In this document: piece by piece, positions 13,950-26,949 of the stretch
How the letters are laid out: each line of letters opens with the position of its first letter
Position numbering within the stretch: the first letter of the stretch is position 1
Assembly (NCBI GenBank): GCA_964057225.1
Contig: OZ059896.1
Coordinates: 12,896,001 to 12,960,000, forward strand
DNA length: 64,000 nt
Direction: 5' to 3'
DNA from: Auanema rhodensis
Taxonomy: Eukaryota > Animalia > Nematoda
Program-made: the position numbers and the translations under genes
Notes under the pieces: generated by a model
The model's input: only the letters and a program-made list of their open reading frames with translations
Database searches by the model: none
What the model was told of the DNA's origin: nothing

Positions 13950-16400
13950 TCACGGGAAGCGAGTTACATACCATGTGCACATCACGTGTACAATTGATTA
14001 GCATAAATTAAAGTTCACGTAAAGTTCAAAGTCATGGTTACCATGCACCAATATCAATACAAATTTGTTCTTAGACTAATATGAACATGGGTAATCTAAT
14101 TTTGAAAACCGCATCTCTTTATCTTTAACGGGGAGCGAGTTACATACCATGTGCACATCACGTGTACAATTAATTAGCATAAATCAAAGTTCACGTAAAC
14201 TTCAAAGTCCTGGTTACCATGCACCAATATCAATAAAAATTTGTTCTTAGATTAATATGGACATGGGTAATCTAATTTTGAAAACCGCATTTCTTTATCT
14301 TTCACGGGAAGCGAGTAACATACCATGTGCACATCACGTGTACAATTAATTAGCATAAATTAAAGTTCACGTTAATTTCAAAGTCATGGTTACCATGTAT
14401 CAATAAAAATTTGTTATTAGACTAATATAGACATGAGGAATCTAATTTTGAAAACCGCATCTCTTTATCTTTAACGGGAAGCGAGTTACATACCATGTGC
14501 ACATCACGTGTACCATTAATTAGCATAAATTAAAGTTTACGTTAATTTCAAAGTCATGGTTACCATGCACCAATATCAATAAAAATTTGTTCTAAGATTA
14601 ATATGGACATGGGTCATCTAATTTTGAAAACTGCATTTCTTTATCTTTCACGGGAAGCGAGTTACATACCATGTGCACATCACGTGTACACTTAATTAGC
14701 ATAAATTAAAGTTCACGTAAACTTCAAAGTCATGGTTACGATGCACCAATATCAATAAAATTTTGTTATTAGACTAATATGGACATGGGTAATCTTATTT
14801 TGAAAACCGCATCTCTTTATCTTTAACGGGGAGCGAGTTACATACCATGTGCACATCACGTGTACAATTAATTAGCATAAATCAAAGTTCACGTAAACTT
14901 CAAAGTCCTGGTTACCATGCACCAATATCAACAAAAATTTGTTCTTAGATTAATATGGACATGGGTAATCTAATTTTGAAAACCGAATTTCTTTATCTTT
15001 CACGGGAAGCGAGTAACATACCATGTGCATATCACGTGTACAATTAATTAGCATAAATTAAAGTTCACGTTAATTTCAAAGTCATGGTTACCATGTATCA
15101 ATAAAAATTTGTTATTAGACTAATATAGACATGAGGAATCTAATTTTGAAAACCGCATCTCTTTATCTTTAACGGGAAGCGAGTTACATACCATGTGCAC
15201 ATCACGTGTACCATTAATTAGCATAAATTAAAGTTCACGTTAATTTCAAAGTCATGGTTACCATGCACCAATATCAATAAAAATTTGTTCTAAGATTAAT
15301 ATGGACATGGGTCATCTAATTTTGAAAACTGCATTTCTTTATCTTTCACGGGAAGCGAGTTACATACCATGTGCACATCACGTGTACACTTAATTAGCAT
15401 AAATTAAAGTTCACGTAAACTTCAAAGTCATGGTTACGATGCACCAATATCAATAAAATTTTGTTATTAGACTAATATGGACATGGGTAATCTAATTTTG
15501 AAAACCGCATTTCTTTATCTTTCACGGGAAGCGAGTTACATACCATGTGCACATCACGTGTACAATTAATTAGCATAAATTAAAGTTCACGTAAACTTCA
15601 AAGTCATGGTTACCACGCACCAATATCAATAAAATTTTGTTATTAGACTAATATGGACATGGGTAATCTAAATTTGAAAACCGCATTTCTTTATCTTTCA
15701 CGGGAAGCGAGTTACATACCATGTGCACATCACGTGTACAATTAATTAGCATAAATTAAAGTTCACGTTAATTTCAAAGTCATATTACCATGCACCAATA
15801 TCAATAAAACTTTGTTCTCAGACTAATATGGACATGGGTAATCTAATTTTGAGAACCGCATTTCTTTATCTTTCACGGGAAGCGAGTTACATACCATGTG
15901 CACACCACGTGTACAATTAATTAGCATAAATTAAAGTTCACGTAAAGTTCAAAGTCATGGTTACCATGTATCAATAAAAATTTGTTATTAGACTAATATA
16001 GACATGAGGAATCTAATTTTGAAAATCGCATCTCTTTATCTTCAACGGGAAGCGAGTTACATACCATGTGCACATCACGTGTACAATTAATTAGCATGAA
16101 TTAAAGTTCACGTAAACTTCAAAGTCCTGGTTACCATGCACCAATATCAATAAAACTTTGTTCTCAGACTAATATGGACATGGGTAATCTAATTTTGAGA
16201 ACCGCATTTCTTTATCTTTCACGGGAAGCGAGTTACATACCATGTGCACAACACGTGTACAATTAATTAGCATAAATTAAAGTTCACGTAAAGTTCAAAG
16301 TCATGGTTACCATGTATCAATAAAAATTTGTTATTAGACTAATATAGACATGAGGAATCTAATTTTGAAAATCGCATCTCTTTATCTTTAACGGGAAGCG
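13950..16400 (+). repeat. Sub-domain B: variant set ACGGGGAGCG, AAATCAAAG, GTCCTGG, GAGTAACA, GGTTACGATG; includes a 698-bp 4-mer repeat
   Basis: GGGGAG at 14130 and 14828 (offset 698). The same block recurs at about 20.1-21.8 kb, 54.8-57.9 kb and 60.0-60.9 kb. Confidence 0.85.
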
Positions 16401-17549
16401 AGTTACATACCATGTGCACATCACGTGTACAATTAATTAGCATAAATTAAAGTTCACGTAAAGTTCAAAGTCATGGTTACCATGCACCAATATCAATAAA
16501 AATTTCTTATTAGGCTGAAATGGACATGAGGAATCTAATTTTGAGAACCGCATTTCTTTATCTTTCACGGGAAGCGAGTTACATACCATGTGCACATCAC
16601 GTGTACAATTAATTAGCATAAATTAAAGTTCACGTAAATTTCAAAGTCATGGTTACCATTCACCAATATCAATAAAAATTTGTTTTTAGACTAATATGGA
16701 CATGGGTAATCTAATTTTGAAAACCGCATCTCTTTATCTTTAACGGGAAGCGAGTTACATACCATGTGCACATCACGTGTACAATTAATTAGCATAAATT
16801 AAAGTTAACGTAAAGTTCAAAGTCATGGTTACCATGCACCAATATCAATAAAATTTTGTTCTTAGACTAATATGGACATGGGTAATCTAATTTTGAAAAC
16901 CGCATTTCTTTATCTTTCACGGGAAGCGAGTTACATACCATGTGCACATCACGTGTACAATTAATTAGCATAAATTAAAGTTCACGTAAAATTAAAAGTC
17001 ATGGTTACCATGCACCAATATCAATAAAAATTTCTTATTAGGCTAAAATGGACATGAGGAATCTAATTTTGAGAACCGCATTTCTTTATTTTTCACGGGA
17101 AGCGAGTTACATACCATGTGCACATTACGTGTACAATTAATTAGCATAAATTAAAGTTCACGTAAATTTCAAAGTCATGGTTACCATTCACCAATATCAA
17201 TAAAAATTTGTTTTTAGACTAATATGGACATGGGTAATCTAATTTTGAAAACCGCATCTCTTTATCTTTAACGGGAAGCGAGTTACATACCATGTGCACA
17301 TCACGTGTACAATTAATTAGCATAAATTAAAGTTCACGTTAATTTCAAAGTCATGGTTACCATGCACCAATATCAATAAAAATTTGTTCTTAGATTAATA
17401 TGGACATGGGTAATCTAATTTTGAAAACCGCATTTCTTTATCTTTCACGGGAAGCGAGTTACATACCATGTGCACATCACGTGTACAATTAATTAGCATA
17501 AATTAAAGTTCACGTTAATTTCAAAGTCATGGTTACCATGCACCAATAT

Positions 17550-20350
17550 CAATAAAATTTTGTTCTTAGACTAATATGGACATGGGTAATCTAATTTTGA
17601 AAACCGCATTTCTTTATCTTTCACGGGAAGCGAGTTACATACCATGTGCACATCACGTGTACAATTAATTAGCATAAATTAAAGTTCACGTAAAATTAAA
17701 AGTCATGGTTACCATGCACCAATATCAATAAAAATTTCTTATTAGGCTAAAATGGACATGAGGAATCTAATTTTGAGAACCGCATTTCTTTATCTTTCAC
17801 GGGAAGCGAGTTACATACCATGTGCACATCACGTGTACAATTAATTAGCATAAATTAAAGTTCACGTAAATTTCAAAGTCATGGTTACCATTCACCAATA
17901 TCAATAAAAATTTGTTTTTAGACTAATATGGACATGGGTAATCTAATTTTGAAAACCGCATCTCTTTATCTTTAACGGGAAGCGAGTTACATACCATGTG
18001 CACATCACGTGTACAATTAATTAGCATAAATTAAAGTTCACGTTAATTTCAAAGTCATGGTTACCATGCACCAATATCAATAAAAATTTGTTCTTAGATT
18101 AATATGGACATGGGTAATCTAATTTTGAAAACCGCATTTCTTTATCTTTCACGGGAAGCGAGTTACATACCATGTGCACATCACGTGTACAATTAATTAG
18201 CATAAATTAAAGTTCACGTTAATTTCAAAGTCATGGTTACCATGCACCAATATCAATAAAAATTTGTTCTTAGATTAATATGGACATGGGTAATCTAATT
18301 TTGAGAACCGCATTTCTTTATCTTTCACGGGAAGCGAGTTACATACCATGTGCACATCACGTGTACAATTAATTAGCATAAATTAAAGTTCACGTAAAGT
18401 TCAAAGTCATGGTTACCATGTATCAATAAAAATTTGTTATTAGACTAATATAGACATGAGGAATCTAATTTTGAAAATCGCATCTCTTTATCTTTAACGG
18501 GAAGCGAGTTACATACCATGTGCACATCACGTGTACAATTAATTAGCATAAATTAAAGTTCACGTTAATTTCAAAGTCATGGTTGCCATGTATCAATAAA
18601 AATTTGTTATTAGACTAATATAGACATGAGGAATCTAATTTTGAAAACCGCATCTCTTTATCTTTAACGGGAAGCGAGTTACATACCATGTGCACATCAC
18701 GTGTACCATTAATTAGCATAAATTAAAGTTTACGTTAATTTCAAAGTCATGGTTACCATGCACCAATATCAATAAAAATTTGTTCTAAGATTAATATGGA
18801 CATGGGTCATCTAATTTTGAAAACTGCATTTCTTTATCTTTCACGGGAAGCGAGTTACATACCATGTGCACATCACGTGTACACTTAATTAGCATAAATT
18901 AAAGTTCACGTAAACTTCAAAGTCATGGTTACGATGCACCAATATCAATAAAATTTTGTTCTTAGACTAATATGGACATGGGTAATCTAATTTTGAAAAC
19001 CGCATTTCTTTATCTTTCACGGGAAGCGAGTTACATACCATGTGCACATCACGTGTACAATTAATTAGCATAAATTAAAGTTCACGTAAAATTAAAAGTC
19101 ATGGTTACCATGCACCAATATCAATAAAAATTTCTTATTAGGCTAAAATGGACATGAGGAATCTAATTTTGAGAACCGCATTTCTTTATCTTTCACGGGA
19201 AGCGAGTTACATACCATGTGCACATCACGTGTACAATTAATTAGCATAAATTAAAGTTCACGTAAATTTCAAAGTCATGGTTACCATTCACCAATATCAA
19301 TAAAAATTTGTTTTTAGACTAATATGGACATGGGTAATCTAATTTTGAAAACCGCATCTCTTTATCTTTAACGGGAAGCGAGTTACATACCATGTGCACA
19401 TCACGTGTACAATTAATTAGCATAAATTAAAGTTCACGTTAATTTCAAAGTCATGGTTACCATGCACCAATATCAATAAAAATTTGTTCTTAGATTAATA
19501 TGGACATGGGTAATCTAATTTTGAAATCCGCATTTCTTTATCTTTCACGGGAAGCGAGTTACATACCATGTGCACATCACGTGTACAATTAATTAGCATA
19601 AATTAAAGTTCACGTTAATTTCAAAGTCATGGTTACCATGCACCAATATCAATAAAAATTTGTTCTTAGATTAATATGGACATGGGTAATCTAATTTTGA
19701 GAACCGCATTTCTTTATCTTTCACGGGAAGCGAGTTACATACCATGTGCACATCACGTGTACAATTAATTAGCATAAATTAAAGTTCACGTAAAGTTCAA
19801 AGTCATGGTTACCATGTATCAATAAAAATTTGTTATTAGACTAATATAGACATGAGGAATCTAATTTTGAAAATCGCATCTCTTTATCTTTAACGGGAAG
19901 CGAGTTACATACCATGTGCACATCACGTGTACAATTAATTAGCATAAATTAAAGTTCACGTTAATTTCAAAGTCATGGTTGCCATGTATCAATAAAAATT
20001 TGTTATTAGACTAATATAGACATGAGGAATCTAATTTTGAAAACCGCATCTCTTTATCTTTAACGGGAAGCGAGTTACATACCATGTGCACATCACGTGT
20101 ACCATTAATTAGCATAAATTAAAGTTTACGTTAATTTCAAAGTCATGGTTACCATGCACCAATATCAATAAAAATTTGTTCTAAGATTAATATGGACATG
20201 GGTCATCTAATTTTGAAAACTGCATTTCTTTATCTTTCACGGGAAGCGAGTTACATACCATGTGCACATCACGTGTACACTTAATTAGCATAAATTAAAG
20301 TTCACGTAAACTTCAAAGTCATGGTTACGATGCACCAATATCAATAAAAT
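17550..20350 (+). repeat. 8-monomer tandem duplication, 1396-bp period
   Basis: Private GGTTGCCATG variant (GCC at 18585 and 19981; offset 1396 = 6x176+2x170) with matching monomer order. Confidence 0.85.
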
Positions 20351-23300
20351 TTTGTTATTAGACTAATATGGACATGGGTAATCTTATTTTGAAAACCGCA
20401 TCTCTTTATCTTTAACGGGGAGCGAGTTACATACCATGTGCACATCACGTGTACAATTAATTAGCATAAATCAAAGTTCACGTAAACTTCAAAGTCCTGG
20501 TTACCATGCACCAATATCAATAAAAACTTGTTCTTAGATTAATATGGACATGGGTAATCTAATTTTGAAAACCGCATTTCTTTATCTTTCACGGGAAGCG
20601 AGTAACATACCATGTGCATATCACGTGTACAATTAATTAGCATAAATTAAAGTTCACGTTAATTTCAAAGTCATGGTTACCATGTATCAATAAAAATTTG
20701 TTATTAGACTAATATAGACATGAGGAATCTAATTTTGAAAACCGCATCTCTTTATCTTTAACGGGAAGCGAGTTACATACCATGTGCACATCACGTGTAC
20801 CATTAATTAGCATAAATTAAAGTTCACGTTAATTTCAAAGTCATGGTTACGATGCACCAATATCAATAAAAATTTGTTCTAAGATTAATATGGACATGGG
20901 TCATCTAATTTTGAAAACTGCATTTCTTTATCTTTCACGGGAAGCGAGTTACATACCATGTGCACATCACGTGTACACTTAATTAGCATAAATTAAAGTT
21001 CACGTAAACTTCAAAGTCATGGTTACGATGCACCAATATCAATAAAATTTTGTTATTAGACTAATATGGACATGGGTAATCTAATTTTGAAAACCGCATT
21101 TCTTTATCTTTCACGGGAAGCGAGTTACATACCATGTGCACATCACGTGTACAATTAATTAGCATAAATTAAAGTTCACGTAAACTTCAAAGTCATGGTT
21201 ACCACGCACCAATATCAATAAAATTTTGTTATTAGACTAATATGGACATGGGTAATCTAATTTTGAAAACCGCATTTCTTTATCTTTCACGGGAAGCGAG
21301 TTACATACCATGTGCACATCACGTGTACAATTAATTAGCATAAATTAAAGTTCACGTAAATTTCAAAGTCATGGTTACCATGCACCAATATCAATAAAAA
21401 TTTGTTCTTAGATTAATATGGACATGGGTAATCTAAATTTGAAAACCGCATCTCTTTATCTTTAACGGGAAGCGAGTTACATACCATGTGCACATCACGT
21501 GTACAATTAATTAGCATAAATTAAAGTTCACGTTAATTTCAAAGTCATATTACCATGCACCAATATCAATAAAACTTTGTTCTCAGACTAATATGGACAT
21601 GGGTAATCTAATTTTGAGAACCGCATTTCTTTATCTTTCACGGGAAGCGAGTTACATACCATATGCACACCACGTGTACAATTAATTAGCATAAATTAAA
21701 GTTCACGTAAAGTTCAAAGTCATGGTTACCATGTATCAATAAAAATTTGTTATTAGACTAATATAGACATGAGGAATCTAATTTTGAAAATCGCATCTCT
21801 TTATCTTCAACGGGAAGCGAGTTACATACCATGTGCACATCACGTGTACAATTAATTAGCATAAATTAAAGTTCACGTAAAGTTCAAAGTCATGGTTACC
21901 ATGCACCAATATCAATAAAATTTTGTTCTTAGACTAATATGGACATGGGTAATCTAATTTTGAAAACCGCATTTCTTTATCTTTCACGGGAAGCGAGTTA
22001 CATACCATGTGCACATCACGTGTACAATTAATTAGCATAAATTAAAGTTCACGTAAAATTAAAAGTCATGGTTACCATGCACCAATATCAATAAAAATTT
22101 CTTATTAGGCTAAAATGGACATGAGGAATCTAATTTTGAGAACCGCATTTCTTTATCTTTCACGGGAAGCGAGTTACATACCATGTGCACATCACGTGTA
22201 CAATTAATTAGCATAAATTAAAGTTAACGTAAAGTTCAAAGTCATGGTTACCATGCACCAATATCAATAAAATTTTGTTCTTAGACTAATATGGACATGG
22301 GTAATCTAATTTTGAAAACCGCATTTCTTTATCTTTCACGGGAAGCGAGTTACATACCATGTGCACATCACGTGTACAATTAATTAGCATAAATTAAAGT
22401 TCACGTAAAATTAAAAGTCATGGTTACCATGCACCAATATCAATAAAAATTTCTTATTAGGCTAAAATGGACATGAGGAATCTAATTTTGAGAACCGCAT
22501 TTCTTTATCTTTCACGGGAAGCGAGTTACATACCATGTGCACATCACGTGTACAATTAATTAGCATAAATTAAAGTTCACGTAAATTTCAAAGTCATGGT
22601 TACCATTCACCAATATCAATAAAAATTTGTTTTTAGACTAATATGGACATGGGTAATCTAATTTTGAAAACCGCATCTCTTTATCTTTAACGGGAAGCGA
22701 GTTACATACCATGTGCACATCACGTGTACAATTAATTAGCATAAATTAAAGTTAACGTAAAGTTCAAAGTCATGGTTACCATGCACCAATATCAATAAAA
22801 TTTTGTTCTTAGACTAATATGGACATGGGTAATCTAATTTTGAAAACCGCATTTCTTTATCTTTCACGGGAAGCGAGTTACATACCATGTGCACATCACG
22901 TGTACAATTAATTAGCATAAATTAAAGTTCACGTAAAATTAAAAGTCATGGTTACCATGCACCAATATCAATAAAAATTTCTTATTAGGCTAAAATGGAC
23001 ATGAGGAATCTAATTTTGAGAACCGCATTTCTTTATCTTTCACGGGAAGCGAGTTACATACCATGTGCACATCACGTGTACAATTAATTAGCATAAATTA
23101 AAGTTCACGTAAATTTCAAAGTCATGGTTACCATTCACCAATATCAATAAAAATTTGTTTTTAGACTAATATGGACATGGGTAATCTAATTTTGAAAACC
23201 GCATCTCTTTATCTTTAACGGGAAGCGAGTTACATACCATGTGCACATCACGTGTACAATTAATTAGCATAAATTAAAGTTCACGTTAATTTCAAAGTCA

Positions 23301-23479
23301 TGGTTACCATGCACCAATATCAATAAAAATTTGTTCTTAGATTAATATGGACATGGGTAATCTAATTTTGAAAACCGCATTTCTTTATCTTTCACGGGAA
23401 GCGAGTTACATACCATGTGCACATCACGTGTACAATTAATTAGCATAAATTAAAGTTCACGTTAATTTCAAAGTCATGG

Positions 23480-25450
23480 TTACCATGCACCAATATCAAT
23501 AAAATTTTGTTCTTAGACTAATATGGACATGGGTAATCTAATTTTGAAAACCGCATTTCTTTATCTTTCACGGGAAGCGAGTTACATACCATGTGCACAT
23601 CACGTGTACAATTAATTAGCATAAATTAAAGTTCACGTAAAATTAAAAGTCATGGTTACCATGCACCAATATCAATAAAAATTTCTTATTAGGCTAAAAT
23701 GGACATGAGGAATCTAATTTTGAGAACCGCATTTCTTTATCTTTCACGGGAAGCGAGTTACATACCATGTGCACATCACGTGTACAATTAATTAGCATAA
23801 ATTAAAGTTAACGTAAAGTTCAAAGTCATGGTTACCATGCACCAATATCAATAAAATTTTGTTCTTAGACTAATATGGACATGGGTAATCTAATTTTGAA
23901 AACCGCATTTCTTTATCTTTCACGGGAAGCGAGTTACATACCATGTGCACATCACGTGTACAATTAATTAGCATAAATTAAAGTTCACGTAAAATTAAAA
24001 GTCATGGTTACCATGCACCAATATCAATAAAAATTTCTTATTAGGCTAAAATGGACATGAGGAATCTAATTTTGAGAACCGCATTTCTTTATCTTTCACG
24101 GGAAGCGAGTTACATACCATGTGCACACCACGTGTACAATTAATTAGCATAAATTAAAGTTCACGTAAAGTTCAAAGTCATGGTTACCATGTATCAATAA
24201 AAATTTGTTATTAGACTAATATAGACATGAGGAATCTAATTTTGAAAATCGCATCTCTTTATCTTCAACGGGAAGCGAGTTACATACCATGTGCACATCA
24301 CGTGTACAATTAATTAGCATAAATTAAAGTTCACGTAAAGTTCAAAGTCATGGTTACCATGCACCAATATCAATAAAATTTTGTTCTTAGACTAATATGG
24401 ACATGGGTAATCTAATTTTGAGAACCGCATTTCTTTATCTTTCACGGGAAGCGAGTTACATACCATGTGCACATCACGTGTACAATTAATTAGCATAAAT
24501 TAAAGTTCACGTAAATTTCAAAGTCATGGTTACCATGCACCAATATCAATAAAATTTTGTTCTTAGACTAATATGGACATGGGTAATCTAATTTTGAAAA
24601 CCGCATTTCTTTATCTTTCACGGGAAGCGAGTTACATACCATGTGCACATCACGTGTACAATTAATTAGCATAAATTAAAGTTCACGTAAAATTAAAAGT
24701 CATGGTTACCATGCACCAATATCAATAAAAATTTCTTATTAGGCTAAAATGGACATGAGGAATCTAATTTTGAGAACCGCATTTCTTTATCTTTCACGGG
24801 AAGCGAGTTACATACCATGTGCACATCACGTGTACAATTAATTAGCATAAATTAAAGTTAACGTAAAGTTCAAAGTCATGGTTACCATGCACCAATATCA
24901 ATAAAATTTTGTTCTTAGACTAATATGGACATGGGTAATCTAATTTTGAAAACCGCATTTCTTTATCTTTCACGGGAAGCGAGTTACATACCATGTGCAC
25001 ATCACGTGTACAATTAATTAGCATAAATTAAAGTTCACGTAAAATTAAAAGTCATGGTTACCATGCACCAATATCAATAAAAATTTCTTATTAGGCTAAA
25101 ATGGACATGAGGAATCTAATTTTGAGAACCGCATTTCTTTATCTTTCACGGGAAGCGAGTTACATACCATGTGCACACCACGTGTACAATTAATTAGCAT
25201 AAATTAAAGTTCACGTAAAGTTCAAAGTCATGGTTACCATGTATCAATAAAAATTTGTTATTAGACTAATATAGACATGAGGAATCTAATTTTGAAAATC
25301 GCATCTCTTTATCTTCAACGGGAAGCGAGTTACATACCATGTGCACATCACGTGTACAATTAATTAGCATAAATTAAAGTTCACGTAAAGTTCAAAGTCA
25401 TGGTTACCATGCACCAATATCAATAAAATTTTGTTCTTAGACTAATATGG
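23480..25450 (+). repeat. 6-monomer tandem duplication, 1050-bp period
   Basis: CACACCACG at 24124 and 25174, each followed by the TCTTCAACG variant (offset 1050 = 5x176+170). Ends approximate. Confidence 0.8.
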
Positions 25451-26949
25451 ACATGGGTAATCTAATTTTGAAAACCGCATTTCTTTATCTTTCACGGGAA
25501 GCGAGTTACATACCATGTGCACATCACGTGTACAATTAATTAGCATAAATTAAAGTTCACGTAAAATTAAAAGTCATGGTTACCATGCACCAATATCAAT
25601 AAAAATTTCTTATTAGGCTAAAATGGACATGAGGAATCTAATTTTGAGAACCGCATTTCTTTATCTTTCACGGGAAGCGAGTTACATACCATGTGCACAT
25701 CACGTGTACAATTAATTAGCATAAATTAAAGTTAACGTAAAGTTCAAAGTCATGGTTACCATGCACCAATATCAATAAAATTTTGTTCTTAGACTAATAT
25801 GGACATGGGTAATCTAATTTTGAAAACCGCATTTCTTTATCTTTCACGGGAAGCGAGTTACATACCATGTGCACATCACGTGTACAATTAATTAGCATAA
25901 ATTAAAGTTCACGTAAAATTAAAAGTCATGGTTACCATGCACCAATATCAATAAAAATTTCTTATTAGGCTAAAATGGACATGAGGAATCTAATTTTGAG
26001 AACCGCATTTCTTTATCTTTCACGGGAAGCGAGTTACATACCATGTGCACATCACGTGTACAATTAATTAGCATAAATTAAAGTTCACGTAAATTTCAAA
26101 GTCATGGTTACCATTCACCAATATCAATAAAAATTTGTTTTTAGACTAATATGGACATGGGTAATCTAATTTTGAAAACCGCATCTCTTTATCTTTAACG
26201 GGAAGCGAGTTACATACCATGTGCACATCACGTGTACAATTAATTAGCATAAATTAAAGTTCACGTTAATTTCAAAGTCATGGTTACCATGCACCAATAT
26301 CAATAAAAATTTGTTCTTAGATTAATATGGACATGGGTAATCTAATTTTGAAAACCGCATTTCTTTATCTTTCACGGGAAGCGAGTTACATACCATGTGC
26401 ACATCACGTGTACAATTAATTAGCATAAATTAAAGTTCACGTTAATTTCAAAGTCATGGTTACCATGCACCAATATCAATAAAATTTTGTTCTTAGACTA
26501 ATATGGACATGGGTAATCTAATTTTGAAAACCGCATTTCTTTATCTTTCACGGGAAGCGAGTTACATACCATGTGCACATCACGTGTACAATTAATTAGC
26601 ATAAATTAAAGTTCACGTAAAATTAAAAGTCATGGTTACCATGCACCAATATCAATAAAAATTTCTTATTAGGCTAAAATGGACATGAGGAATCTAATTT
26701 TGAGAACCGCATTTCTTTATCTTTCACGGGAAGCGAGTTACATACCATGTGCACATCACGTGTACAATTAATTAGCATAAATTAAAGTTCACGTAAATTT
26801 CAAAGTCATGGTTACCATTCACCAATATCAATAAAAATTTGTTTTTAGACTAATATGGACATGGGTAATCTAATTTTGAAAACCGCATCTCTTTATCTTT
26901 AACGGGAAGCGAGTTACATACCATGTGCACATCACGTGTACAATTAATT

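Noticed and set aside
16437-16619. 60-aa minus-strand ORF (MLINCTRDV...)
   Set aside because: It spans about one monomer and is open only because a private A-to-G change at 16517 (GGCTGAAA versus GGCTAAAA) turns the minus-strand TAG into CAG. The other monomers I checked have a stop at or next to this codon, there is no recognisable domain, and the 176-bp period breaks frame.
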